Below are positions 1 through 11,600 of a DNA stretch of 64,000 nucleotides, in pieces; position 1 is the stretch's first letter, and each line of letters opens with the position of its first letter. The translations under genes and the position numbers were made by a program. The DNA comes from Phoronis australis (taxonomy: Eukaryota > Animalia > Phoronida). The stretch lies in the NCBI GenBank assembly GCA_002633005.1, contig NMRA01000476.1, positions 7,486 to 71,485 on the forward strand, written 5' to 3'. The notes under the pieces were generated by a model. It was not told the origin of the DNA. It made no database searches and saw nothing but the letters and a program-made list of their open reading frames with translations.

Positions 1-59
1 TTAGCGCGACGACGTATTTTGATAAAAATTCCATCTTTTACCAGTTGTTTACATGCAGA

Positions 60-625
60 CAGCCACGCATGCGCAATTCAATCACCACTAGTACAGCAGC
101 GACACCGCGAGGAGAATTCTCCGAATAGCCCCATTGGTGGGCAGATTTCGCCTACCACCCGTTCAAAATATGTGGGACGAAATTAGCACAGAAAGCGATG
201 GAAGTATTGTAGCCTCTAACCGGTTAACTAAGGGGCTATGTGTTGCCTAGGCCTTGCCAAAAATACATTCTACACATTCTATACACTATCACTTAAAAAA
301 CGCTTACTTTCCTCAGTGATCCTTTCTGCTTCTACACATATCTTCGATGAAGCATAGCTACGAGAATTAAGGTGACTTTGGCGAAGAATTCCAACTCCAC
401 TTTTTTGGTCACCGTTAACTTTTTCACTGCGCGCGCAATAACCACAAAGTATTTCAAATGAGTCACGTGAGTTAGGCAAAGGCTAGTGCGAGACTGAGCG
501 AAGCGCGTGATACCTGAAAATTAGAATGGGAAGACATGAGGTGAAATTATTACTAGCTTTGTATCCCTTGGACAGCAGGCGTGATTTCACATAAGTTCCT
601 TAAAATGGCACCTCGCGAGAGAAAC
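60..625. promoter_or_regulatory. Candidate housekeeping-type promoter region, possibly for GTF2E1
   Basis: CpG-rich stretch with NRF1-like ACGCATGCGCA (65-75), overlapping TGAGTCACGTGA (459-470), YY1-like AAAATGGC (602-609) and CCTCGCGAGA (611-620). The motifs are seen; the function is inferred. Confidence 0.35.
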
Positions 626-656
626 TTGAGCGAACCGTGGCAGATTATCAGTTATG

Positions 657-975
657 TAGACAGTGACCACAGTCTTTACTGACTCCGCAATAGAGACTGT
701 TGGAAGATTTTCGGCGAATTATGCCTTGCACTGACTAAAACATCAATGCTACATTGTCATACATACTTTTTGCGCATAGAGGGGCAACCTAGGAGGCCCT
801 CGATGTATTTAATTCATTCCAACTCCAACAAATACTCCCGTTATCAAACTTTTTCTTCAAGTAGTCCCTCGTTCAGTTCCCAGAATCGGTAGCACACCAT
901 TTTTTACACTGCACGCACCAGGGGATATGACTTCATGCCACCAAGCGCGCAATGTTAAAAATGGTGAGTTACCAA
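657..975 (+). mobile_element. Old, diverged terminal fragment related to the 2871-3770 element
   Basis: Starts TAGACAGTGACC versus TAGGCAATGACC. 702-920 aligns by eye with 2941-3160 (GGAAG.TTTTCGGCGAATTATGCC ... AACAAATACTCCCGTTAT.AAACTTTTTCTTC). Confidence 0.75.
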
Positions 976-1114
976 TTTTGGAAACTGAATGAGGGACTGC
1001 TTGAAGAACGAGAGTGCTCGGAGGAGTGACACTTGGCGAAATTAACCGAAAAGACGACAACGGAGATGATTGTTACGATAATGAAAATGGCGAGTATGAA
1101 CAACACGATGACAT

Positions 1115-2107
1115 TCAATTGCGGAGTTATCGATTTTGTGACATTCCGTGATCAATTGGCAACTGCTGTTCAACCGTAACTCATCGGATAATTCCGTACC
1201 CTGCGCGTGAGACCAGGGAGTTGCTCCAGACGAGCTTTTTGGGAAGACTTTTGTGCTTTGACCGCGAATTTCTTGCAAACTCGGTGGAGCAGGACACCAT
1301 AAATGGTATTGGTAGAAAGAACAATTCCTCATGGTTTGCTGAACCTCTGTTTTGAGTAAATTTAGGTTATTGTTTACAATCCGACTCCATTAACGTACAT
1401 ACTTGATACTCCTATTTTCTGAATCCTCTAGTTATGGTGATTCCAAAAATGTATTACTTGTACTGATTGGTTGATTATTATTCATAATTTCCAAGTTTTT
1501 CCAAAGCGTTCATTCGCAACGCGGATTTAGTGAGACAGCCATTTTTAAAAATGCGACACCTGTCGGTAGGATTGATAACTAACGGTTAACCGCGAGATGT
1601 CAAGTGTTTTCGAGGACGACATTTGTCCGCGAGAACACGCACTCTTGTGTTTTTTCTAATGAAGTTTTGAAGAGGGAATCCTTTATCAATGACTATTACT
1701 GTTTTTTACTCAGAGTTTCCCTAACATGCCACGCGGTATCTTCAACATACTAGCCAATTTTGGGGTCTTTTTGACACACGCATGATTGTTGTAGTTATCA
1801 TTCCCGCCGACAGGTGTCGCAGTTTTATGATGGCGGTCACTCGAGATCGGCTGCCGCAAATGAACACCTCGTAAAAACGGTGAATGCATGAATAAAAAGA
1901 GCCTAATCGGTACGAGTAATACATTTTTGGAATCACCATGATCACCCTGACGAGAGGATCCAGAAAATGTTATTATCAAGTATGTATGTTAATGGAGTCA
2001 GATTGTAAACAATAACCTAAATTTATTGAGTTCTGTGTTTGCTATGGACGGCTGAAGTGAAGCAACCGTGGAATTTCAAGTCCGGAGTGTCATACCTTGT
2101 AGTATTA
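1115..2107. repeat. Diverged repeat copy (about 1115-1364 plus 2026-2107), interrupted by a nested insertion; inverted partner at about 4139-4470
   Basis: The reverse complement of 4139-4470 aligns across both halves, e.g. ATGGACGGCTGAA, CCGTGGAATTTC, GAGTGTCATAC and GAACAATT..TCATGGTTTG.TGAACC. Confidence 0.75.
1365..2017. mobile_element. Non-autonomous DNA transposon with imperfect TIRs of about 240 bp and an 8-bp TSD (TAAATTTA)
   Basis: Termini GGTTATTGTTTACAATC...GATTGTAAACAATAACC; arms about 1365-1603 and 1771-2017; TAAATTTA at 1357-1364 and 2018-2025. The paralogous empty site in the 4139-4470 copy carries one 8-mer only. Confidence 0.8.
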
Positions 2108-2870
2108 TATATAGTGTATTGGGGACCATCAGAAGCTGAGGATGCCTGTGGCTAGAACTGGAACACTGACTTGTAGTGAGACGTTATATGACGCGTTAGT
2201 GTTATTGCAAGGTAATACACTTTTGCAAGCCAGGTTAGACATTTTGGGATACTACAGACTGTATCTGACTGGCAGTAGCAAGTATGCATTTCATTAGCAC
2301 ACTGCCTGTAGACTAAGAACTAGGTTCATTTTTCTAAAAAAAATTAAAACGCTCGAGATCATCCGCAATAATTGTGAAACTCTAAAAATACCTGAATCGC
2401 CGACAACTATTACTCTCACTTTGTCGATAGCAGCCATACCACTTCCTAATTAGTAGTAGTATTTATTTCCGTACGAACGTGATTGTTTGTGACTTTTACA
2501 GTGATCAGCTTGAATTACAAATCCTTATTAAATAATTATCATGAATTTTGTGGCCCAAATATCACTGAAATGTTATGGTAATGGGCTTAAGCTGATGCAC
2601 GATTGAACTGATTGAATTAAAAAGTTATTCGTTTATATTTGTTAATCGGAAATGAAGTCGTTCTCTGTTCACCGTGTTTGTTGTTCATGTGGTGCTTCTT
2701 ACCAGCTAAGCAGTTGCTGACAGTCCTTCAGTTTCAAGAGGAAAACTTTGATAATAGAGGTACGTAGATGCTTTGTGTAGTTTTCAGAACGTATGAAAAC
2801 ACGTTGCCTTATCCAGACGTGGTGTGCTCTGTAATAGACCACAGGCATCCTTAAGCTTCTGATCGTCCCC

Positions 2871-3770
2871 TAGGCAATGACCATCGCCTCTGTTGGCCCG
2901 AAGCAGAGGCGATGTAGAGGCTATAGGCGCTCTGTACGCCGGAAGCTTTTCGGCGAATTATGCCTCGTACCGACTAAACCATCAAAGTCACGTTGTTACA
3001 AATACCTTTTGCGCTTAGAGGAACACCTTAGGAGGTTGTCGATGTGTTTAATTCCTTTCAACTCGAACAAATACTCCCGTTATGAAACTTTTTCTTCGAG
3101 CAGTCCCTATTTCAGTTCCCAAAATCGTGAACTCACCATTTTTATACTGCGCACGCTCCAATTCATGACCTCAATCTTTAAATAGGCCAAAGGTGAGCCA
3201 TTGCGGTCTTGGCAGTCAAATGTTCGTTTCCAAAATGCCACCACTTATACTTGTCTTTAATTGGCGTTACTTGAAACTGATTGTATTTCAATGAATCATT
3301 GTTTGTATTTGATAAAAACAAATGCTGTTGATATGACATTTAATAGTCTTTTTGCACATATTTGACATTTTAATGTTTAACAACACGGCAAATGCACGGC
3401 TGGTTCCCGGCAGCACGTACGCGAAGGGCGGGAACTTCAGCTTTCAAAGTTCGCCGGTAGGTCCGCAACTTCTGACCTTCGGCCTGGTTAAAAAAATGAA
3501 AAAGTTGAGTTCACGATTTTGGGAACTGAAATAGGGACTGCTCGAAGAAAAAGTTTCATAACGGGAGTATTTGTTCGAGTTGGAAGGAATTAAACACATC
3601 GACAACCTCCTAAGGTGTTCCTCTAAGCGCAAAAGGTATTTGTAACAACGTGACTTTGATGGTTTAGTCGGTGCGAGGCATAATTCGCCGAAAAGCTTCC
3701 GGCGTACAGAGCGCCTATAGCCTCTACATCGCCTCTGCTTCGGGCCAACAGAGGCGATGGTCATTGCCTA
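2871..3770. mobile_element. Young 900-bp non-autonomous DNA transposon with 265-bp TIRs and a 9-bp TSD (AcademH-like or Mutator-like)
   Basis: TIRs at 2871-3135 and 3506-3770, with only two mismatches seen. Termini TAGGCAATGA...TCATTGCCTA. Perfect direct repeat ATCGTCCCC at 2862-2870 and 3771-3779. Confidence 0.9.
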
Positions 3771-4138
3771 ATCGTCCCCAGGCAATACACTACAGTCTAC
3801 ACATAGTCAATGTACCTCATTATCGGAGGGACCATAAATATCAGCTGAAATTTGGCTACAAGGTGCCCGCAGCCATTACTTGGTTAGTCAGTTTTCTGCA
3901 GTGTGGCGTATGGGGAATGGTGGTGTGTTATATTTAGGTTCTCCGAAGGTTTGCTAGTTGTGTTTTTTAAAGATTAGTCAGAACATAAATGTGGCTTTCG
4001 GTGACAAGATATAGTAACAGAACAATTCCATAAATGTAAGTCTTTATTTCAGCAAAGAATTTACAACAATCCATAGTATCAATTAAATATAATGCAAAGT
4101 GTGCCAAATCGTCCGATAATTAGGTCACTTGATTGTAA

Positions 4139-4470
4139 TAATACTACAACGTATGACACTCTGGGCTAGAAATTCCACGGCTGCTTCGATTCAGCCGTCC
4201 ATATCGAACACATTACTCAATAAAGTTACACAAAACGGGTTCAACAAACCATGAACAATTGTTCTTTTTTATAGTACCATTCACGGTGTCCTTTTCCGGC
4301 GACTTCGTAAGAAATTCGCAGTCAAAGAACGAAAATGTTCCCAAAAAGTCCAAACACACTTACAACTGTGTCGGTTCGAGGTCAAGGACGGTACGGAAAT
4401 TACCGATGAATTACAGATGGACGGCGTTCTCGACATTGTGACTGTATGCGACAAACCGGCAATTTCCGTA
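4139..4470. repeat. Inverted, uninterrupted copy of the 1115-2107 repeat
   Basis: Reverse-complement alignment to 1115-1364 and 2026-2107. Confidence 0.75.
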
Positions 4471-4943
4471 CATTTTGTTATCTTAGTTTTTTATGAAAAT
4501 CAAAAAATGTCTAATTTTTATTGCCCTGATAGAAAAGGGCAAGCTTTTAAAACTTCCATAAACTATTTGTAGAATAGTGCATAAAGCATAGCCAATGTAT
4601 TCTTAAGTAGAGATGCACTTGTCTGTATTAGTGGGATTGTGGAAATTATCAAGTAAAAATCGAGCTTGTATGTTCTCAAATTAATACATTGACTCTGACA
4701 GTGAAATCTATCAGTTGTAATCTTGTAGACCTACTTTTTGATTGGGCTGTAGGATTTAGTTGGTGGACTTGTTTTGAACCTGTAAAAGTGATTTTATCAC
4801 CTTGAGGCATTCCAATTTCTGAAAGCCATTCAAAATGCCTTTTGAGAATAGCTTTGATCAGAACTTGGAATGCACTAGGTACATTTTAGATTTGCAGACA
4901 ATTGTGAGACAATTGCTAACTGAAAATGCGTGTTGTTTTCAGA

Positions 4944-5614
4944 ATGACTTCAACACCAAGGTCAACCCCCTTTGAACCTGAATTGCTGACTGAAGTGCCT
5001 TCCGTTTTAAAGAAATTGGTACGCTACATTCTACACGGGTTTTACGGAGTAGAATTTGCTGTTGTCATGGATATGTTGGTTCGCAACCCATGCATGAAAG
5101 AAGAGGACATACTAGATCTGCTCAAGTTTGAACAGAAACAACTTCGTTCGATTCTAAACAAACTCAAGATGGAAAAGTTCATCAAACAGCGAATGAGAGT
5201 AGAGACAGATAAGGAAGGGAAGACAACAAAGCACAACTATTATTTTATCAACTACAAAATGTTTGTCAACGTTGTCAAGTATAAACTCGATCACATGCGT
5301 CGGAAAATCGAAACGGAAGAGCGAGACGCGACCAACAGGGCATCATTCACTTGTCCATCCTGCGGGAAATCGTACACTGATCTAGAGGCAGACCAGTTGT
5401 ATGACTTCGTCTCGCAGACGTTCAAGTGTATGTTGTGCCTTGTCGAGGTGAAGGAGGATGTTAGCGCAAAGCCTCAGATTGACGCGCGGACGTTTTTGGC
5501 CAAGTTTAATGAACAGATTGAGCCGGTGTACGTGATGTTGCGGGAGTGTGACAATTTCAAACTCGCCCCAGAGTTGTTAGAGCCAGAACCAACTGACATG
5601 AAGAAATTATTAAA
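4944..5614 (+). CDS. GTF2E1: GTF2E1 coding exon 1 (winged helix and zinc ribbon)
   Basis: Acceptor TTTTCAG ends at 4942, ATG at 4944, donor GTATGT at 5615. The acceptor implies an upstream non-coding exon. Confidence 0.95.
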
Positions 5615-8600
5615 GTATGTTGTCCTATTTCGATGAAATTTCTTCTTGTAACCTGGCAAAATTTCAAAGTGTAAATTTATGCCAGTTTTCAAAGGATTTT
5701 GTGTTTTTGTCTGAGGTTCTCAGTTTTTGACATAAGCTCAACAAAATTAAACTCATTTAGCCAACAAACATACTAATTTTAAGGATATTCAATTGAGGAA
5801 AGACTAAGTTATGATCAAGCTTATCCACTCTCCAGACATTTTTTGTCAAAAGATTATTTTATTGCACATGCCAAAATGATGCTCAGTGTGCAGACGTGTG
5901 TACAGATCCATCTTAAGCAAATAGTCTTAGTTTGCTCTACATAATCATCATTTATTACTGGACGATATTTTTTTGGCAATTTGTGATGTGCCGTTGACTT
6001 TGGGGAAAGCTATGAGGAGCTTTTCATGTTCAAATTTTCCTTTAAGTTTCAAATGTTACGAGCAAAAATATGCTTGTGAGATAAGAGTGTAACTTTTTTC
6101 TTTTTGACTGTTTTAGGTCCTCTATTGGTACATTGTTACACATTGTGTTAGGAAATGTTGTTGATAGTCACTCATACTAGCTGCAGTTCTGCGTCGTTAG
6201 AATTTTATTTGTTTCTATTTTAACTCCACTTCACCTGTTCTAGATCTGCGGGTTTGACAGAGAGCTCTAAGAAAACACTTGGGGAACGTACAGTATGGTC
6301 TGGGGATGCGAGTAAAGAGCGTACATATGGTTACAATGAGAGTACAGTCACTATCAACATGGGCGACCAAGTCAGTAATGCACCAATGGATGAGCGACCG
6401 AAGAAAGAACAACCCATATGGATGTCACAGAGCACTGTAGATGGCGCTGTGTCAGAGTCTGTGTTTCAGGTACTACCAAGATATTGCACTTATTTTCTTG
6501 CTTCAGTTATCAATGCTATTTTTTCAGAACAAAATAAATATTTTCTGCCTTGCTTTATTTTTGTATATAAAAATCACACTGTTACACTGTTACATATTTT
6601 AAACTTTGTATCAGCTTCTTTTGTCTTGGGGTTTTATCAGAATGATTGATGTTTGGCAGGAACTCTTTATTTTTACCCATTAAGTTGCTTGTGATTGTGG
6701 GTTAGTTTCTGTTGCCTAGGCAGTATGGCCATCCAAGGAATGACTGTCAATTTATTGTGAATCAATTTTAGATCAAAAGTTTGTATCTGAAATCGAATTT
6801 GAACTTGTTTTTGACACTTTCCACTCTGCTTTAGTACAGGGGCAAGGTAAGTGTGTATTATTCTGTGCTGGAATATACATGGATGACTGACTAATCATAG
6901 TGTGCACTTGATGACCCGAGCATTAAAGTTATAAGCTCAAGTCTGAACTCCAAATCTAAAGGTTCTAATTGAGTTTATAGCTGGAATTTAGGTGTCACTG
7001 AGTGCAAACTTGGACTTGAGCTACTAACAAAGTAAAATGCAAAATGTCAAAAAATAATTTCCGAGACCAATTCCATGTGTTAAGATAAGCACACGAACAC
7101 AGAACATTGTCTTGGACCTTTGTCCAATTAAGTTGATCAAACAATCTTCTTCCTCTATAAATCCTATCTACGTGACTGTATTCTTTAACGAATACCCAAA
7201 TAACGATCTCAAGGTGGATTTTTGATGAATTTCCAGCCTGTTGATCAACCTGGCACATCAAAGACAGTTAAAGATCCCATGGCTGTGGAGAACAAAGAGA
7301 TTATTCAGACATTACTTGTGCACGAAAAGAAGGCCCCGGCTGTACACGTGCCGGCGGGGAGTGACGAGGGCTCTTCAAGTAGCGAGTCAGACGACGAGGT
7401 TAAACCTGGGAATGCAGGTAATTGCATGTTGATTAAAAAGTTTATTTCATTCATTTTAGAAATGATTAGATACAAAGTTTACTCATTCTGGCTATGGTTT
7501 GTGTTTATTTCTGAAAATGCATTTCTTTCAAAGAACCTGTCCTGACCAGATGGTCATTTATGGACAATGAACACAGTTGAGTCGGAGGACATTCCTGGTG
7601 TGCGAGGTAGATGCGACAACTTGAGATAACGCAAGATCACGCAAGACCTCGTTAGATATTGCCATGTGCTACACGCAAAGCATGTGAACACACTTGCTTC
7701 TGCGGCAAGATTCTTGTTTCTACGGAACCCGGGTTGCACTGATAAGGATTTATTTTGGCGCTAATGATTTGTCCAGCCACAAGTCCTTTTTGTGAACTGT
7801 AATTACAAATGTAGACTTAGCCCACTACCCAAAAGTACTATTTAGTGAACAACTAGTATATTTTACTGTGAATTATTTGTTAATAGTAAGAAATCCAAAA
7901 TAAACCAAGGAACTTGTTATTCACGAATTAAACAGTTACTTGAATGGTCAATATTGTTATGGATTGAAATCAGTATTAGTACACGTTTATTTGCAGTAAC
8001 ATTTATTGAGTAATATAATAGTGTATACACTTAGTGTCAAGCTTACTCAGTAATAAAAAATTGATGTGAAATACAAGTTACGGTTCTGATAAACACTGTC
8101 ATATGTCAAATGGGTCGTATTTAAAGGCAGAACAAGTATTGGGAACTGTGACTTTGCAATGAACATTTAGATATGGAGATTACACCAAGTTGGTGGTGTA
8201 ATTTCAATATTTTAATGATATTGGTTTGCATTACAAAATCAACGCTGGGGAAGACCAATAATAATTTGTTCCAAGTGTTGAAAGAGGGAAGAAAACCTTC
8301 AAAGGTATCCTTAGGCTGTCTTTGTGCTCATTTCATCTTTCTCTTTGACACCAGGTGGCACTAGTAGTTAGCTCTGGATAACATTTAATCATTCTTGGTA
8401 AACAAATCAAGTTCTTTTTACAGAAGATTAAATTTATGTGACGGAGTTTCCTGTCCTTTTTATCCATATACTTACATGCGCTTGTTTGTGCAGTATAAAT
8501 AGATGAGACTGAATAGATTGCATGAAATGCCCCACTTTTGGGGCCGAATATCACCCCAATTATCGATAAAAGCTATTTATAAAAATCATGTAAAATTGAC

Positions 8601-11600
8601 CTCATCAAGCCAAATTTTCAAACTCTGATGATTTATAAATTACACTTAAGGTTTCCGTTAGAGTCACTTCTGCAAAATGTTAGTCCTGGCTACTTGAGGC
8701 ATTGTCAGTGAGGTTTAGTGACCAGGGAGTGGACTCTGTGGTAATGGGGGGGGGGGGGGATTTTGCTATCAACCAAAAAATATGTTGGAAGCATACTACA
8801 TTACAGAAGTTTTAAAAAAGTTGACAAAAAATTCTTCTTTTGGAAAATAGGCAAAGTTTCGAAGCAAAACATTTTGGCCAATTTCCAGAAGAAACAAACG
8901 GGATAGTGCTCTCAATGATCATTAGGTGTCTCTCGTGATGTGCACTTACTGCTAATTTTCAAATGAGACAAACAGATGCACTTCTAGAGTAAGTGCTTTT
9001 GACGACTGTTAAATATCTTTAGTGATATGCGAGCAGGTACAGGTGTAGTAAACATCAGATGTCACTAGTTATGTGCATTACTCAGGACAGTGCATGAACT
9101 GAATTCCTGTATTTACCAATTACCAGAAGGATTGTCTGCCATTCCCACTGTGTTCTACTGACCCCAAGTTCTGACAACCTGTTTGAAATCAACCAGTTAT
9201 GTCCTTAAGAAATAAGGTAATGGGTAACAGTATGACGCCAGGTTCTGATTAGTACAGTTCAAATGGGGGTGTATTTAGGAGCAAGTTTATTGTAAAAAAT
9301 AAATCATTTTCCACTTGAAATCCTGTGCTTGTCACTGCTGCTGCTTCTGACAAGTTGATGTGGAGTCTTATACATGGATAATGATATCCTGCATATGTGT
9401 ACAAGTTTTTGTGTAGTGCTTTTCATTTCGCCGGAATTTTTACATGTTAAATTGAGTCTGAAATGTTACTGGTGTATAATATCTCAGCAAGCGTAAAGTT
9501 CCATCTGGTGTTGTCTCGATATAGTGTAGGTACACTGCGTCTCTATGTGTCAATTGTCTGTTGTTGGCATGTGTTTGAAGTTGATGGTACAACATGTGTA
9601 ACACAGCTTAATTCATTGCAATAATGTTGGTCATAGACTCAGACGTCTTTAGCTTGCTACATCCGTGACAGTGCATATTCTGAGAAAACATAAATTTGCA
9701 GGCTGCCAGTCCCAACTCACCACTTTCCCACCCTCAGACACCTAGTTTGCTTATTTCTTTGAGTGCATGGGCCTTATCGTGACCCAGAGAGTCATGACCC
9801 TTCTGTGCTTCACTGATAAAAATACACTGAGTGTCATGTGGTTTAAACAAACTAATTAGATTAATTATCGTATTGTTCTATTCCCTTTCTGCGTAAAGTC
9901 TTGATTTAAGCCTTGTCTGGTGACTTGCTTTCTGTTCTCGAATGTTTTTCATGGAATTGGATGTTATCCTTTGTAAAGGATAACAATCCTAAAAGCTTTT
10001 AGTCCTCTTGGATTAGTTCAGTCGGTCATATTGCTTAAGCTCAATTTCACCATATTTAGCTGGCTGTAAACAAAATTAGGCCTTTTACTTTCATAAAATC
10101 GATCAGATAATACTCCTTATCGTGATATGATTCTAATTTGCTTTATTTACAAGAACACTGGCACCATCAGCGACTCAAAGAAAATGCTTTAGAATTTATT
10201 GGATTGGACAACTGTAAAATTGCAGTTTCGAAAATGGCACGTGTACACATTCTCTGTGACTTGAGTTACCCGGAATTCAACACTGACAGCTTCAACAGTG
10301 AAGAAGCGTCCCTTTTAAAGCTTTCTCTTGCAGTTCTTAGTTTTTCATCTGTAAAAACTGAAGACAGTTATACAATTTTTAAAACCTCGTCAAGTCCATG
10401 TTTTCAAAACAAGGTAAGCATGGTTGGACATCAAGAAAATGGAGCTAATGGTTTCCAAAACTTTCTCAGTGCTTTAGTAAATGTGCTCTTGAAAAATAAT
10501 CAAAATTCAATTTTAATTGAGCAGACTGTTTCAAAGTAAGTAGCTTTTACTACAGCTCCATTATTCATAGTACTGTAATTCTTCGGTTTAACGCCCACAC
10601 TCAATTTATACAATGCAGACTTCGTTAAAGGTCCCCATGTCTTTGGAGTGCCTGTCTCTTGAGAATATAATCTCCAACTTACCTCATGAGCACTCAGTTT
10701 CAGTGGCACCTTGCCCTATTCAAGTGGGAAATACCTGTTTTTACTGTAGCCAAAGTGAAAAACGGTTCTTTTGACTTCTGTGCAAAAGAGGTGAAGGCAT
10801 TTGTGTGAGAGCATGGACTGTTTACGTTTGCATAAGCGACCATCCCCCCTTTCCAAAATTTTGTTTTAAACATCCATAGTCGGCATNCCCCCCCCCCCTA
10901 GTTGTTCGCTTTCCTAATTTAAGCGATCTGGGTGTTAACCCGGATAAGTGCATTACATTTCGATGTTAATGTTAAAGTGAATACATGTCAACATCAATAA
11001 TTTTGTTACCAATAAGTCATGCTTCATTCAACTGTTTTGTATGTACTTGCATGGGCCTCATTCTGAATAAAGGTGCGGCTTCACTTTCTGGCACAAATAG
11101 TTCTAAATACATTGATATATGGTATGAGATAGCAATACTGTATGAACTGAGTCTGCAAGTATGGCTCATGGGAAGAATTTCTACAACTTATGCTTCGCAC
11201 CGGCTAAAGTGTCAGAGTCATGTTGCTATAAGTACCTTTCCAGTGTAGAGGGATACCACTGGAGGCCGTTGACGACTTTGAATCCTTCCATCCTGAAAAA
11301 ATGCCCATGTAGATAAAATTTCTGTCTGCCGTGTTTCTTCATTTGCCAACAAAATTGTTGACGTTGCTACTTTGCTGTCCAGGTGGCCCTGGGTATGACA
11401 GTACTGATGCTGGGGCACAAGCTTTAGGCACCAGCAAGTCTTGCAGATCCCTGAGGCAGCACGTTTGCGATTGGCTTATTGCCAAGGTCAACCTCGAGGT
11501 GAACAAAAAATTTACATGTAATAGACATGCCTAGTTATGCAGTCACAGCAAAAATGGCTGATTCACGATTTTGTTGGCAAATGGCTCAATTGACGTTTTG

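Noticed and set aside
2877-3764. Two nearly identical ORFs of about 100 aa on opposite strands
   Set aside because: They are the two TIR arms of a non-autonomous transposon and show no recognisable protein features.
4926-4943. Upstream ATG used by the ORF track for GTF2E1 (MRVVFR)
   Set aside because: It overlaps the pyrimidine tract and AG of an acceptor; ATG 4944 is the more plausible start.
10334-10413. 80-nt exon-like segment (CTTTCTCTTGCAG...AAG|GTAAGC) in GTF2E1 intron 3, within the 133-aa ORF
   Set aside because: Not a multiple of 3, it would frameshift the conserved last exon, shows no homology and lies next to a repeat fragment. It can be excluded as a poison exon only with RNA data.
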